Shown here one piece after another: positions 27,401 to 38,904 of a stretch of DNA of 64,000 bases (positions within the stretch are counted from its first letter, which is position 1; each line of letters begins with the position of its first letter). The translations under genes and the position numbers were made by a program. The stretch covers positions 46,314,001 to 46,378,000 of the forward strand of contig NC_047015.1 in assembly GCF_902652985.1 (NCBI RefSeq), written 5' to 3'. The stretch comes from Pecten maximus (Eukaryota). The notes beneath the pieces are model-generated. The model searched no databases, was not told the DNA's origin, and saw nothing but the letters and a program-made list of their open reading frames with translations.

Positions 27401-30146
27401 TTATTAATTGACCAAAACTACAAGTATTGCAAACATTCCGTTCCCTTGTTATGTCTCTTTATTAAGCAATTATTTTTTTTCAACAGAAGTGTTTTATGAC
27501 CAGTTTTTACTGAAATCTTGTGATTCATCTTACCAAATTTTATAAGTATACAAATACGAAGGGGTCATAGAAATAGCTAAAATTTCGAGATATATACCTT
27601 CTTGGTTTTATCAAAGTTCCTAAATCCCTTAACTAAAATTGTCTATAGTAAAGCATTACAGAATTTATAAGAAAAACTTGGTTCAATAAAACTTCAATAA
27701 AATATGTAATGCTTTCTTTCGGAAAAATTTAAGTGAACTAAGGGATTCCCTTAAGTAAAGGAATACTGTGTGACCACACTATCACACTAGATCATTTATA
27801 AAATGACTAAGAAGTTGTGCAACATTTTCATTGGCTTGCTTTATCAATTTTCTCAATAACGTATTCCTTACTTCGTATATCTACTGAGTATAGTATTGAT
27901 CGGATTCGTTTACTATTTTTTATGTTTATATTTATACTGATAATGAGAATTTAAATACAAAGGGAGCTAACTCTAACGTCCTTGCCTTTCGTTCAACAGG
28001 TACGTGGCAGAACAGCTGAAGCGAGGGAAGGAAGTGGAAGCCGAATCGTTTGACTCAGTAACCATCTATTTCAGCGATATATGCGGGTTTACTGCGATGT
28101 CATCTGAAAGCACACCAATGCAAGTACGTATAGTAACGAGGATCGATAGATGCAGCAGCCTCTTTTTAGCAAATAATATTTTTGTTTGTTAATGCATTAA
28201 CTTAAGTACAATATATTTTATTGTGTACTACAAGTTTAATGTTTTGGTTTCTGTAGTTCTGTAGTGTAAAAACTCTTCTGGAATTTATAAAATCAAGTCT
28301 CATCATCACAATATTAGAAAAAATAAATATGAAAATATAGTGGATGGAATAAAGAATAGTCTTTTTTTTTAAAGTTTATACTACCTAACTATGGAAAACA
28401 CATATACTTTTATCAAGTTATTATCTTTAGGTTGTAAATCTACTGAATGATCTGTACACACTGTTCGACTCCATCGTTGAGAACTATGACGTGTACAAAG
28501 TAGAGACTATAGGTGACGCCTACATGGTGGTCAGTGGTCTACCTAAAAGGAATGGCATCAACCATGCTGGAGAAATCGCCTCCATGTCACTCCACCTACT
28601 AGACGCCATAAAAAAGTTCCGGATGCGACACCGTCCTGACACGATCCGCCTGAGGGTAGGGATCCATTCTGGTTCGTGTGTGGCGGGCGTGGTGGGACTT
28701 AAAATGCCGAGGTACTGTCTCTTTGGTGACACAGTCAACACTGCGTCCCGCATGGAGTCTACAGGGGAAGGTAACTTTTTGTCATTTCCTTGAGAATTTT
28801 AGCATTGCTTTGTTTTGTATGAAATTAGAAAAATGAATAATTTACAATAACGGTTTTTGAGTAGGACCGGAAAATAACACATCAAAGAACTTAAGTATCT
28901 CGAAGGTAATCGTTATATTAAAGGTCGTCTAGAATTGCGTAATGACCTATATAAACCCGATTTTGCAGCCTTGAAGATCCATTGTTCGAACACAACACGT
29001 ATGCTTTTGGAGGACCTGGGCGGTTACCACTTAACAGAGCGGGGCATGGTTACCATGAAGGTAAGGGAGGAAATCAGTTTAACCGGGACAATGGTTGTCT
29101 ACACAACATGTTCTACTTCACTTAGGTAACATACATCAACCCCATATGGTGGAAGACATCACCACATCACCTAATTTACCACTGAATAATAGTCCTTTAG
29201 ACTGCCCCTGATTTTACATATAACATGCACTGGTAATTGTATCTGGATATCATTTGTCGTATCCTGGGAAAATGCATATACGGTTTATATGAGAATAAAT
29301 TAACATAATATTTTGGTCCTTTTACCGACATTCACTAGGGAGATATTCTAATGATTTCTTTCGATGCTTATGACTGATACGGTGCTATCGAAATGTTCCT
29401 AGTGTGTTAGATTTTTGTTAGCCTTTCTAGATTTGGCGACAGACATAATGAAGAGTGTGACATGTGACACAAGCATCACTATAGGACAATATATTGATGT
29501 ACATTGTGTGTGTTCCTTTTTCAGTGGATTGAGTTTGAATGACAGCTTGGTCCACACAAATAAGATACATTTTAATGTACAAAGTATGGTTTCAAAATTC
29601 TCTTGTGTGGTGACCTGATGTGGTTTTGTGGCATTACCTTGTATATTGTCAATGTTTTGTAAGTAATTCCTTTTTGTTTGATTTTAGGGTAAGGGTGACG
29701 TGTTGACCTTTTGGCTGATTGGCGAAGACAAGCGTCACCGGTTAAAACGTCTGTCCACAAGTGATAGTCCTGTTAAAAGTCCGTCCCTCTCCGGCAATAA
29801 CAACAGGGCGTCAAATATCCAGTGTGTTTGTAGGCCTCCGGATATAAACGAACCTCTAGGCATTGGTTTGACGGACAACCAATATGTTAAACAAAATGGC
29901 GACGCTGTACCACTTTTTAATAATCCAGGAGCCAACAAACAAAATTTCTTAAAAATGTGGCCTCAGAAACAGATCAACAAAATGTCTTCTCCTAAATCAT
30001 GGAAACAGCTTCATTTCTCAGACAGTGAGAACGATGATAAGGATCAAGATTGTCTCAATAGTCGCGTTTCTGTGGAGATGTCGCCACTTATCACTTCCGG
30101 CCAGGGATCTTTCCGTTCTTCCGGTTACCCGTATGAGGAAGTGTAG
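4608..30146 (+). CDS. Receptor (membrane) guanylyl cyclase, natriuretic-peptide-receptor / Gyc32E-like; 18 coding exons in window, 5' part lies upstream
   Basis: GT-AG exons join in frame (2921 nt): extracellular ANF-receptor-type domain, juxtamembrane CGF..EKC, TM helix, kinase-homology domain, coiled coil, cyclase with KVETIGDAY and [36 protein letters not shown] recalls Gyc32E; orthology needs a tree. Confidence 0.95.
6505..6683 (+). CDS. Receptor GC exon, extracellular domain
   Basis: ttttacag|GT ATC..ATA|gtaagt; [45 protein letters not shown]. Confidence 0.9.
6821..7130. repeat. Degenerate ~36-bp intronic tandem repeat
   Basis: Recurrent agtaaacgga(a/t)c(c/t)ggaa....ggc/tttcggtttat, about 8 units. 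Confidence 0.8.
9850..9985 (+). CDS. Receptor GC exon, extracellular domain
   Basis: ttccag|ATT..AAA A|gtaagc; [45 protein letters not shown]. Confidence 0.93.
11107..11264 (+). CDS. Receptor GC exon, extracellular domain
   Basis: ctacag|GT GCC..CCG|gtaggt; [40 protein letters not shown]. Confidence 0.92.
11963..12068 (+). CDS. Receptor GC exon, juxtamembrane cysteine pair
   Basis: tgacag|GAG..AAA A|gtaagc; [35 protein letters not shown]. Confidence 0.93.
12353..12435. repeat. (GT)n microsatellite followed by poly-G
   Basis: Directly visible. Confidence 0.95.
12884..13071 (+). mobile_element. tRNA-derived SINE with V-type core and 11-bp target-site duplication
   Basis: A box TGGCCGAGTTG, B box GAGTTTGAAAC, core GGTTTTTCTCCGGATACTCCGGCTTCCCTCC, A-rich tail; TCTTACTTTCA at 12873-12883 and 13072-13082. 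Confidence 0.88.
14018..14096 (+). CDS. Receptor GC exon, transmembrane helix
   Basis: ttatag|GC TAC..TAC AG|gtatgt; [27 protein letters not shown]. Confidence 0.93.
17092..17206 (+). CDS. Receptor GC exon, cytoplasmic juxtamembrane
   Basis: tttcag|G AAC..AGG|gtaaga; [38 protein letters not shown]. Confidence 0.93.
20058..20228 (+). CDS. Receptor GC exon, start of kinase-homology domain
   Basis: ttttag|ACG..TTG|gtaaat; [57 protein letters not shown]. Confidence 0.92.
20628..20732 (+). CDS. Receptor GC exon, kinase-homology domain
   Basis: ttgtag|ATG..CAG|gtaaat; [35 protein letters not shown]. Confidence 0.95.
20698..22142 (+). repeat. 66-bp minisatellite (about 22 units): exon 3' end + donor + intron start
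   Basis: Unit gattgtgtccgcctactgcccgaggggtagtctacag|gtaaatatcgggttaacgacgtcatgtcg. Confidence 0.97.
22543..22614 (+). CDS. Receptor GC exon, kinase-homology domain
   Basis: ttacag|GAC..AGG|gtaagt; [24 protein letters not shown]. Confidence 0.95.
22594..24300 (+). repeat. 37-bp minisatellite (about 46 units): exon 3' end + donor + intron start
   Basis: Unit ctagtatttgata(c/t)catcagg|gtaagtgtctgtccac. Confidence 0.97.
24836..24998 (+). CDS. Receptor GC exon, kinase-homology domain
   Basis: tctcag|GGA..AGA A|gtaaga; [54 protein letters not shown]. Confidence 0.95.
25022..25220 (-). mobile_element. Internally deleted Meta-type SINE copy
   Basis: Reverse complement matches 57405-57670 (gagtgggacgactggtt..cccgttgtcagtat..gtgaccgggt, acacgaaca..cagcctcc, acacgcatgcat). 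Confidence 0.75.
25466..25550. repeat. (CTTC)n microsatellite
   Basis: About 21 perfect units. Confidence 0.97.
25872..26024 (+). CDS. Receptor GC exon, kinase-homology domain
   Basis: tttcag|AT TTG..AAA G|gtacgc; [51 protein letters not shown]. Confidence 0.95.
26472..26652 (+). CDS. Receptor GC exon, end of kinase-homology domain
   Basis: taacag|AA ATA..GGA AT|gtacgt; [45 protein letters not shown]. Confidence 0.95.
27180..27320 (+). CDS. Receptor GC exon, dimerisation coiled coil
   Basis: gaatag|G AAA..CCA AG|gtaaaa; [47 protein letters not shown]. Confidence 0.96.
28000..28123 (+). CDS. Receptor GC exon, cyclase domain
   Basis: caacag|G TAC..CAA|gtacgt; [41 protein letters not shown]. 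Confidence 0.96.
28431..28770 (+). CDS. Receptor GC exon, cyclase catalytic core
   Basis: ctttag|GTT..GAA G|gtaact; [63 protein letters not shown]; the GTP-specifying Glu and Cys are present. Confidence 0.97.
28969..29060 (+). CDS. Receptor GC exon, cyclase domain
   Basis: ttgcag|CC TTG..AAG|gtaagg; [31 protein letters not shown]. Confidence 0.96.
29688..30146 (+). CDS. Receptor GC terminal exon with long C-terminal tail
   Basis: ttttag|GGT AAG; [14 protein letters not shown]...SSGYPYEEV-stop. Confidence 0.93.
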   Translation, partial: GKGDVLTFWLIGEDKRHRLKRLSTSDSPVKSPSLSGNNNRASNIQCVCRPPDINEPLGIGLTDNQYVKQNGDAVPLFNNPGANKQNFLKMWPQKQINKMSSPKSWKQLHFSDSENDDKDQDCLNSRVSVEMSPLITSGQGSFRSSGYPYEEV

Positions 30147-31317
30147 TCAATATACTATTTTCAGATCAGCCGCTATCTACTGTATGCTGTGATCAACCAT
30201 GGTGCACACTGTAGCTGATACATAGAACTAATATTGTTTTATATTTCTAAAAAAGCCAAACGTTCACATCTTCTAGCTTTTATCTACATGTATACCATTG
30301 ACCGAACTTGACATATTTCTTACATGAAACATTTTTTTAATGTAATGGCTTTTCATTTTAAGTGTTCTTCTTCCTTTGCTTCCAATTTAATGAAACAATA
30401 ACATCTCGTACATTCAACTGTATCATTGTTTGTATAGATTCGTTTCAGTATCTTATACTTTTGTTAGAAGTGTGATAGAGGCGATCTAGTACATTGTGTA
30501 ATGTGATATGTTTGAGTAAAGTAGATTTTACAAGGTGCTGCGCTTTCAGTACATACGAACCGTTTAACTGTATGCATTCGTTTAATGACTCATTAAATAC
30601 AATTTTGAGTCTTGACTATTTCAAATTCAATACAATTTAAATGAACTATATGGTATGGGACTCGAAATGGCTTCATCAGAATATCAGAAATAAAAAAAGG
30701 CACTAACTTTAACAACTTTAAATCTTTATGAGACGTAATCAGCAAAATATGTAATTAAACGAAAACAATAAATTACCTCCGTGTGACTGAAAGCATATTG
30801 GAATGCAGGCGTCAGCTTCTCCAACGGAAACCCCAACCGTATAAATCTACGTCACGTCTATCAGACAAGTTATGGTATTGTTGAAAATCGCCATTTTGTT
30901 TCCCACATCAAACTTTAATTTGAATCTGATAATTGTGAAAGTATCGTTATTTAAATATTCATTGTCTGCCATAAGGCAAATCGATCTTCATACCGATGAT
31001 ACATGTTTCTTCATTTTGTTAGAGGCTTGGTAAAACAGAATACGCGAAGCTAACTGTGATATTTGGTTACTGTTTTGATGTATAGAGTCTAAAGGCCACA
31101 CACGAGTTGTGGATGGCTGTGTTTCTATGATCGTGTTAATCCACTAGGTATAGTTTTCTATGTTTAAGTTGAGCTCTGTAGACTCTCTTATGTTGTTTGT
31201 GAAAACGGCAGTGCTAAAACATTACTAAAGATATTTTTGTAGTAACTTCAGTGTTTGTTTTTCTTTACTTATACTATTATTATATTGTACAATGTCTTGT
31301 AATGCATCAGTAAAACG

Positions 31318-31359
31318 AATAAATAAATTCACATCATTGACATACTGTGGTCAAATAAA
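31318..31359 (+). terminator. Candidate polyadenylation signals of the GC gene
   Basis: Overlapping AATAAATAAA at 31318 and AATAAA near 31354, about 1.2 kb after the stop; another AATAAA lies near 30689. Confidence 0.35.
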
Positions 31360-32597
31360 GGAAGATATACATCTTTCATGATATATTACAATTAGCATTT
31401 AACATATTAAGGAGATTAACAGTCGGCTTGATATGATTGGTAACAATTTCATTATGTTACTGTTAGGCTATTGTGCATACAACTGTCACCCATAAGATCC
31501 TAGTCATTTACAATTTACAGAAAACACTTTGGGATTCAGTAAATCTGATGTATTGAAATTTGAATATTGTTGCTTTTTATCATAGTGCTTTTATTATTCG
31601 GATATTGAGGAACTACTGATCCTCAAAAAATACAACATTTGTGCATTATTATGTCATTTTAGAAATATCGTTACGGAGAGCGGGTTTTCACTAAAAAACC
31701 TTTTGAAGGAATCCTCTATATACTCTAATGTTTGGGTACATCTTTAAACATACGGTTTATGTGTTTTTTTAAATATCATGAATCCCCCCTTGACTCTCCA
31801 TGAAATTTCATTAAGGCGGGTAATTTTCAAATAAAATTGGCATTATCAGTTGGAAACGAATAATCTTCAAAGAATCGCAAAGTTCAAGTTTCTGATGAAC
31901 TTATAATCATTGAACAAGTCAAAAGTGTGTATAATTTTTTTTCTATTGATGCCAATAAACCAGTTCGATTATCCGAGATATAATGCTATTCGTGCAGGAT
32001 TTGAAGTAAATATCTCGTAGTTTATTTATGTATATATTATATATATAAAGAAAATCAACTAGAATTTTATGATATAAGAGATACACTAAACCAAAACGAG
32101 GAAGTTTCAGACGTATGTTAAAAGGTCAACTCGTCTCAAAGGAAACGGCCCAACTCATAACGATGTCCGTAGTAACATAAACAAGGTTTGTCTATAAACA
32201 ATTTACACTCCATACACCAAGGAGAGGGAAGGGGAACAGTAGAATATGTCGTTCATTACACATATAAACAAACATAATAGTATCATACATTCCAACAAAT
32301 AAGAAGTACCACACACGTGGACTATACATAGAAAGTTAAGTCGTGTAATCGACATCCTCTATTTGTATAATCATAGCAATGCTGACATGCACAGAAATCA
32401 TCTGGCCGCCATCTTTGGGAGATCGCGGGGTGCGATAAGGCTCATTGCTTTATTGAAAACATTTGACGTTTCCATACATCAATATACACATTCAATTAAA
32501 CAGCAGGAGCAAATTACAAGACACACGGTTTGAGAAAATATAGCTTTAATAATCATAATATCATACAGTATATAGTGTTCACATTTACAATACAATT

Positions 32598-32697
32598 TCA
32601 CAACACAATACATTTCGAATCGGAGTTCATTTGACTTTTTTTAGAACATTTATAAGCTGCTGAAAATTTTGGAAAATTGGAAAGCGATCCATGAACT
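32598..32697 (-). CDS. M13-like terminal exon
   Basis: (R)VHGSLSNFPKFSAAYKCSKKSQMNSDSKCIVL-stop; typical neprilysin C-terminus; ATTAAA about 50 nt downstream. Confidence 0.92.
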
Positions 32698-32837
32698 CTG
32701 AAATGGAAAAAGTTCAACGATATTAGTGTTTTATATAAGGAATGTCCTGGTTAATCTCTCTGTCTTATAAAAAACAGGTTATAAAAGAACCAATGATTTT
32801 AAGGGATCTGATACACCTTTTGTGTGAATATATTTCA

Positions 32838-33183
32838 TTTAAGCATTAATGTCATTTGTTTTAGTTTCATCGGGGTATGAAACAAATTTTGTTTGCAAAC
32901 AAAATTTGTTTCATACCCCAATGAAACTAAAAAATAATTGACATCAACGCTTATAATTAATTTTTTTAAATGATTTTCTAATTTAAAACATGTTTTATGT
33001 ACAATTTTACTGGTTTTAAATGGGATTATTTTTTTCTTAAATCAATACGCAACGTCAATTGTCGTATTGTGACGTCACATTTTTCGCGCCATTCTCGGAA
33101 TTTCTTTCATAGAAGAATGAAAATGAATTTTTCGACCAATCACATTTGAGTATTTACCATGAAAACAAAGAAAAAATAATTAT
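32838..33183. mobile_element. Non-autonomous element with long palindrome
   Basis: 74-bp loopless palindrome 32859-32932 with one mismatch, extended by imperfect arms; AT-rich body. Confidence 0.6.
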
Positions 33184-33240
33184 ATAACTTTATGCAGTCT
33201 CTTTAGATCTCACTCCTACCCCACAATACACTGTACTGAC

Positions 33241-33323
33241 CTGATATATCTCGGTAATACAGGATGGTTGCTATCCATGTAGTATAACTCGACTCCTCGG
33301 GCGTTCACTTTCTCGCACATGGT
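33241..33323 (-). CDS. M13-like exon
   Basis: tttcag|ACC..ATC AG|gtcagt; TMCEKVNARGVELYYMDSNHPVLPRYIR. Confidence 0.88.
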
Positions 33324-33589
33324 CTGAAACATAAAGAGTCTTTTATCATATAACTTAGCAGAGTCCTTAAAAAGCTTTTTTATACTCATGTTTCTTCTAA
33401 AGATTGTGAACTTTTATTTCTTTAAATCTTTCAAGATTACTTTCGTCGTAACAAACCAGAGTTAGATAAGGCGACCAAAGATCCGGATGCTGTTGGATAG
33501 GAGATGGTACATTGTAACTGACCACGTTTTGATACTCATCGTGATTTTTCCACTTGAAACGGATATTATTCTCCTGTCGACATTCATAC

Positions 33590-33685
33590 CTGTGTATACG
33601 TAACAAAGAAGAGTTGATGGTCCGTGAGATTAAGGCCAGGCAGTACCATTCTGTCGTAGCCACGGTCAAATGATCGTCTATAAGC
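33590..33685 (-). CDS. M13-like exon
   Basis: tttcag|GCT..CAG|gtatga; AYRRSFDRGYDRMVLPGLNLTDHQLFFVTYTQ. Confidence 0.92.
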
Positions 33686-34452
33686 CTGAAAATATAAATG
33701 GATATGAAAATTGTATTGAATGCGATTTTCTACATCATTTCTGATATCAAAAAACCCACATTCTTTGAGTTCTACATTTCGAAGTTTTAATTCATATAAT
33801 CATTATCTAAATTCAAACCAAATTTACTCATGACACTTGTATATGATGCTTTTTGACGGTAATTTATAATTTTGTTTTATTAAACCCTGTTTTTTCCAGT
33901 CACAAAAGTTAGGAACTTCGACTCCACGCGATCTTAGCAATACCTGATGAGCTAAAATTGCTATTTTTTTTTGCTTCATATCACATTTATATAAGACATA
34001 ACCATACATCAATAATACAAGGTAGTAATTAAGCTTTTTCAAAGTTAGAGCCAAGTGTAAAAATCTCGTAATGATTGTGTGTCTGTGTTGGGACCGACGT
34101 GAGTTCGACAAACTATTGTCGAACAGAACCATGCAAAAACTCATCACTATGCAATTTTGACTGGTAGGCATGCATGTGAAAATATTTCGGTATATTATAA
34201 CCGCAAACCACAGTTGGCTGTGATATATACAATTACTTTTCACATACATGAATGAAGTCGTGTGAAACATGACTACTTCAGTCGACAGTACGTATTCAGA
34301 CAAACGGATATGTTTATGTTCGAAACTCTAAAACATATTCAGTACTATGCTATCAAACATAACAGGCTGTCATCACATGAGTGTGATCATGGATATTTGA
34401 CATAGACTTAAGATGTTGTTATATATGACTCCAGAAAACGTGTACTGTAAAT

Positions 34453-35225
34453 AAACAAGAGGCCCAGAGGGTTTGCATCGCTTACCTAGATATTTCAGTG
34501 ATTATGGCAAAATACTCTAATTTTAGTTATATTTTCAAATATTTTCCTATTTTTAAACTGCCTCTCCCAACAGTTATAGTGTTCTTAAGGGACCAACCAA
34601 TTGTTTTTCCCGTAGACTTTAGTGTTAACGTTTTGGAGTATGTCATTAACATTCTTGAATTCAATATGGCAATTATGGTTTATAACGAAAGTTTAGGGTC
34701 TCATATAACACGTAATAAAAAAAAGTTGGGTTCTTCAGCTCAAATTGTTTCCAGGGTAGCCATTTTGAAAATGGGTGAATTTCGCAGTAAAAATTCTCAA
34801 AAATCTAAAATGTTTACCTGTTAATTATTATTACCTAAACTTTTGGGAAAAAAATTCAATCGGACTTTATATCAACATTTCTTATGGATAGTTACCTATC
34901 AGGCTACATATCTATTTTGTTACTTCATTACAGAATGGCCAATCAGTGGCTGCCAGACATTTTATCCCTGGCTCAACTTTCTATACACAGGGGAATGTTT
35001 CAAAAGTCTATTTTTTAATTGGTTGGTTGTTCCCTATAGGTCCAATAACAATATTATTACAAAGAGCAAGCTAATGACTCTTAGGTAAATGTCGATTAAT
35101 TTCAATTTTCGAACTCGTCCGAGATCTGGTTGATATGTTCCTGAATACAAAGTTTCATCAAACGTGTTGATATCTACTCAAGTTATCGTGTTCACTAGGT
35201 AATTGTTGCCGGACGCGGAATTTAT
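34453..35225. mobile_element. Degenerate pearl/HINE-like non-autonomous element
   Basis: Begins aacaagaggcccagagggtttgcatcgcttacct, similar to the terminus at 43731; far boundary approximate. Confidence 0.5.
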
Positions 35226-35654
35226 TTTTATTACGAATACCCGGTATTTTTACAGACTTTACTATAATGACCACCTCGATGGACAGGTGTTCATCGCAAC
35301 ACCTGTATAAAAGTCAACTCCCAGCCTTTTCCGATTACCTGTCCTACATCCGTATAGTTACTATCTACAATGTACATGTATATGACATGTATCTGTTTAA
35401 ACAGTGCATACACCTATCAACCTATCAATCTGGCCTTTACGTACCTCTACATTTTTGCCAAATGTATATTATCATATGAAACCTGCCTAATACGACCACC
35501 TACTTGGAAGATACCTTACCCATAAGAAACATTTGCCAATAAAAGCCACCCTTTCTGTAAAGCTAAATAATTCTGTCTATACAAAACAATCATATGTCAC
35601 TCTCAGATAGTTTCTAAAGTCATTGTATAGGGAACTAAAAAATACAAACAAAAC

Positions 35655-36085
35655 AAACAAGAGGTCCGTGGCTAGGTGGTAAGTCATGGCCAACATGTGC
35701 ATACCATCAAGCTGTCATCCAATGTTGATAGTGTTAATGTTAAGTTAAAATGAATTCAAAATAAAAATCAAACAAAATGTGGTTTCCCTCTACATAAACT
35801 ATAGTAAAGTATACCACCTCCCCATGGGCAAACGTGTGACCAGAGGGTCATGACATGAAATTAACAATTTTGGTAAAGCATCTTAAGACCCTTCCATCTA
35901 TGAAAAGAATGTGATTCTTCCCAATTCAAGTCTTGAGTATAAGTTTTTTGACTATATGATTCACAATTTTGGTTGGCATTTGGCAGTCAAATCTTTCTGC
36001 CATATTTCAATGATTTGTTTTAGCTGCTTTGGAGTAGAAGTCAAAATGTCGATTGTTTACGGACGGACGGTCGGACATACAGACA
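35655..36085. mobile_element. Degenerate pearl/HINE-like element
   Basis: aaacaagagg start, ends in ggacggacggtcggacatacagac microsatellite. Confidence 0.45.
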
Positions 36086-36389
36086 AGATTGAGTTATGGA
36101 GTGCAGTCGTTTGTCTGTGAACTTTTGGGGTGCAACGCACACGTTTTCATTGAGCTATGGACATCACATTTAATTTCCGTTCAATCTGTTATATGACCCT
36201 AGTGCTGAAAAGTTATCAAAAGTGTAGCAGACATGTTTTTAAACAATAACTTTGGGAGACGGAATGCATATCTTGCGGTTGCCTGTATTTATATCAATAA
36301 CATATTTTTACAATATTCATCAATCAATTTATATCAGCTAATACTAGTAATAAAGCGTACTGACATAAGCTAGTCATTGTCACACTTAC

Positions 36390-36456
36390 CCTAAACGCTA
36401 CATGTAAAGCTAGAGTATCTCTGAAAGTTCTGACCCTTAGTTAGGTCTCCCCGAAC
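36390..36456 (-). CDS. M13-like exon (GENIAD-equivalent), 67 nt with +1 frameshift
   Basis: ttccag|GTT..AGG|gtaagt; removing one base at 36424-36426 gives VRGDLTKGQNFRDTLALHVAFR. Confidence 0.82.
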
Positions 36457-37284
36457 CTGGAAACAAATTTAATACTACATGAATACAAACTGACATGCAT
36501 GGAAGTCTTTTGAAGCTACTAAAATGAATACTATCAAAAGTCATTTTGCTTTTGCTTACACATAGGTGCGTTTTTTCTATTAATTTCATGACCTCTATTA
36601 TTATCGTGAAATGAAGTTTTCTTTAAACAGAAGTGCTATCGAGAAAACTGTGTTTCCATAAGAATATATAACTGATTTAACTCATTCCCAAATCAGCTTA
36701 TAAATTTTACGTTTCTTATTTGACAGAAAATAGCTCAAATGAACCAATTCAATGGATTCTTAAAATTGTCTATCTATGATAATGAGAAAAAGTTCCGAGT
36801 TGTTCGTCAATGTTTGTTTCGTCTTGAGTTAATTTCCGACACCTTAAAGTTAAAAACGTATTCAAGAAAATGCATCTTTGATAAAAAGTAATCAAATAAG
36901 CACATCAAAATCCATTAGAAACTGCCCACAACTTGTTTTCAACTCTTGAAATAAATATGGCACGACATCTAGAAAGATTACTTTGAAATATACATAGTTA
37001 TACATGTCTTTGAAATGCAAATTTTAACCAAAGCCAGTTATGCAGAAAAGCTAACGCAGTTGTATTGTACAAAATGGATGAAATACAACATCATATAAGG
37101 GACGAAAATTCAGCATTTAATCAATGATTACCAACACTAATGCCCTTCGAATGCAAAGTTTGAGGTGTAGACTAACGCTTTCAATGTCTATAAACAAGAG
37201 AATAGTGTCGGGACTCCAATTGTTACGTGTTGGAGATACGTCAATATCGATCTAATACTGACCAATAGTATCGGTAGTACCTAC

Positions 37285-37415
37285 CTGGTGCCTGGCGCCT
37301 TGGGTGTCAATGAGATAATACCTGTCGAATGTATCTATCAGACACTGGAGATGATGAGCCATTGTAAACAGCACCCGGCGGTCGATCAGGCCAGTCATGA
37401 AGTGCAACAGTAACG
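37285..37415 (-). CDS. M13-like exon
   Basis: ttacag|CG TTA..CAG|gtaggt; LLLHFMTGLIDRRVLFTMAHHLQCLIDTFDRYYLIDTQGARHQ. Confidence 0.82.
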
Positions 37416-37468
37416 CTGTAAACAACAAAACAGGTGCTTAACGTCAGATGATTATTTGCAATAAATCC

Positions 37469-37645
37469 TTTCTTTAGTTATTACAGGTAAGATACGTAAT
37501 CATATTGTTCAAATACGTATCAAGTGGACGTTTCTTTAGTTAGTACAGGTAAGATACGTAATCATATTGTTCAAATCCGTATCAAGTGGACGTTTCTTTA
37601 GTTAGTCCAGGTAAGAAACGTTATCATGTTGTTCAAAGCCTTATC
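37469..37645. repeat. 62-bp tandem repeat, about 2.8 units
   Basis: tttctttagtta(t/g)tacaggtaagatacgtaatcatattgttcaaa..gtatcaagtggacg. Confidence 0.85.
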
Positions 37646-38904
37646 GTCATATTATGCTTGAAATTAATTAGATTCGTTTAAAACAAAATACAGGTTAAAA
37701 GTGAATCAATTACTTACTACAAATATGCAATAAGGAAAAACATGCAATCAAAATGCATATTTTTTGCGGAATTAATGAAACGATCCACACATTTCTCAAA
37801 AACTGTAACCGTTAAAATGTATTTGTATTAAACAATTTTGTTACATTCCCAAACATTTCAAAACATAGCACTCATTGAAACAAAAACAAAAAAACGCACT
37901 GCCGAAAATAAAGCCTTTGCGGAACCATATGTCTATTTCATCCACTAAGGTATAACCAAACAATGCCATTAGATTAAAAATAATACATGGATCGAATTAA
38001 TGCCTCACTGCTTAATGAAACAAGAAAGACAATAACAAATAATGTAATGTAATCATAAGTTGTATCAGAATGTCTCCATTGGTAACCATGGTTTAAAATT
38101 CAGGGAAAACTGAACAAGGAACAAGGAAGTTAAAACTCCCAATTGCAAGTCATTCGCGAATAAAACATCTTGTGTCATAAACAATGAAATAGTAATGTTT
38201 TCGATAACTCAAATTAGGATACACAGTAGCCTAAACATGACTTTGGGCTGTATTGAAAATATTTAAGCACATCAACTGTAGGGTACGAAACGCGAATGTA
38301 CATTGGAACGCAATTATTTTCAGTAAGGGATAAACGGTACAGATTTGGTACTTTTGTTGCCCAATGAATACAATTTTATGCAAATTCACTGGGGTATTTA
38401 TTGGTTCAGAAACAACTAGAACCATAAACCATTTGAGTAAATTAGCTTTATAAATGATTCTTGCACAGTTCTACAGAAATGTGTTGTACTCCATCACAGC
38501 GCCCACGCACACCATACTTTACTTCATTTTAACATCTTAACATTGCGTCGTCATACTGGAGGTTGACGTCGTGCTCGATTTAGTTACAGTCAGATTGATA
38601 TTACGTTTCTGCTCTGCCAATGAATGGAAACAACAGCACCTTTCTCACAGATAGCAATAATACGAAAAATATTAAAGATTCGTTGTGCTCATTATCTAAA
38701 TTGTCAACTCGAATAGATGCGATATTTTAATTACACATGGTCTTATCGAAATTGTACATATTATCATGCTATAATCTTGGATTACTTGAGCATCTTTGAA
38801 AAAGAATGAAAGTAATCGTATGTTAATATCAAATATAATTTGATATGTGTGAATCTCACAGACAGGAGATCCATATGACAGCGAAGCAGTTGAGTTGAAG
38901 CATA

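Noticed and set aside
28620-28660. Cyclase loop [12 protein letters not shown] seems one residue shorter than NPR-A as recalled
   Set aside because: In-frame change in a variable loop, compared from memory only; catalytic residues are intact.
32598-32612. C-terminal CIVL as a CaaX prenylation signal
   Set aside because: It corresponds to the conserved M13 CxxW terminus, which is extracellular and disulfide-bonded.
37469-37645. 62-bp repeat containing CAG|GTAAGA as a fourth splice-site array
   Set aside because: The motif is antisense to the host M13-like gene and not derived from a recognisable exon.
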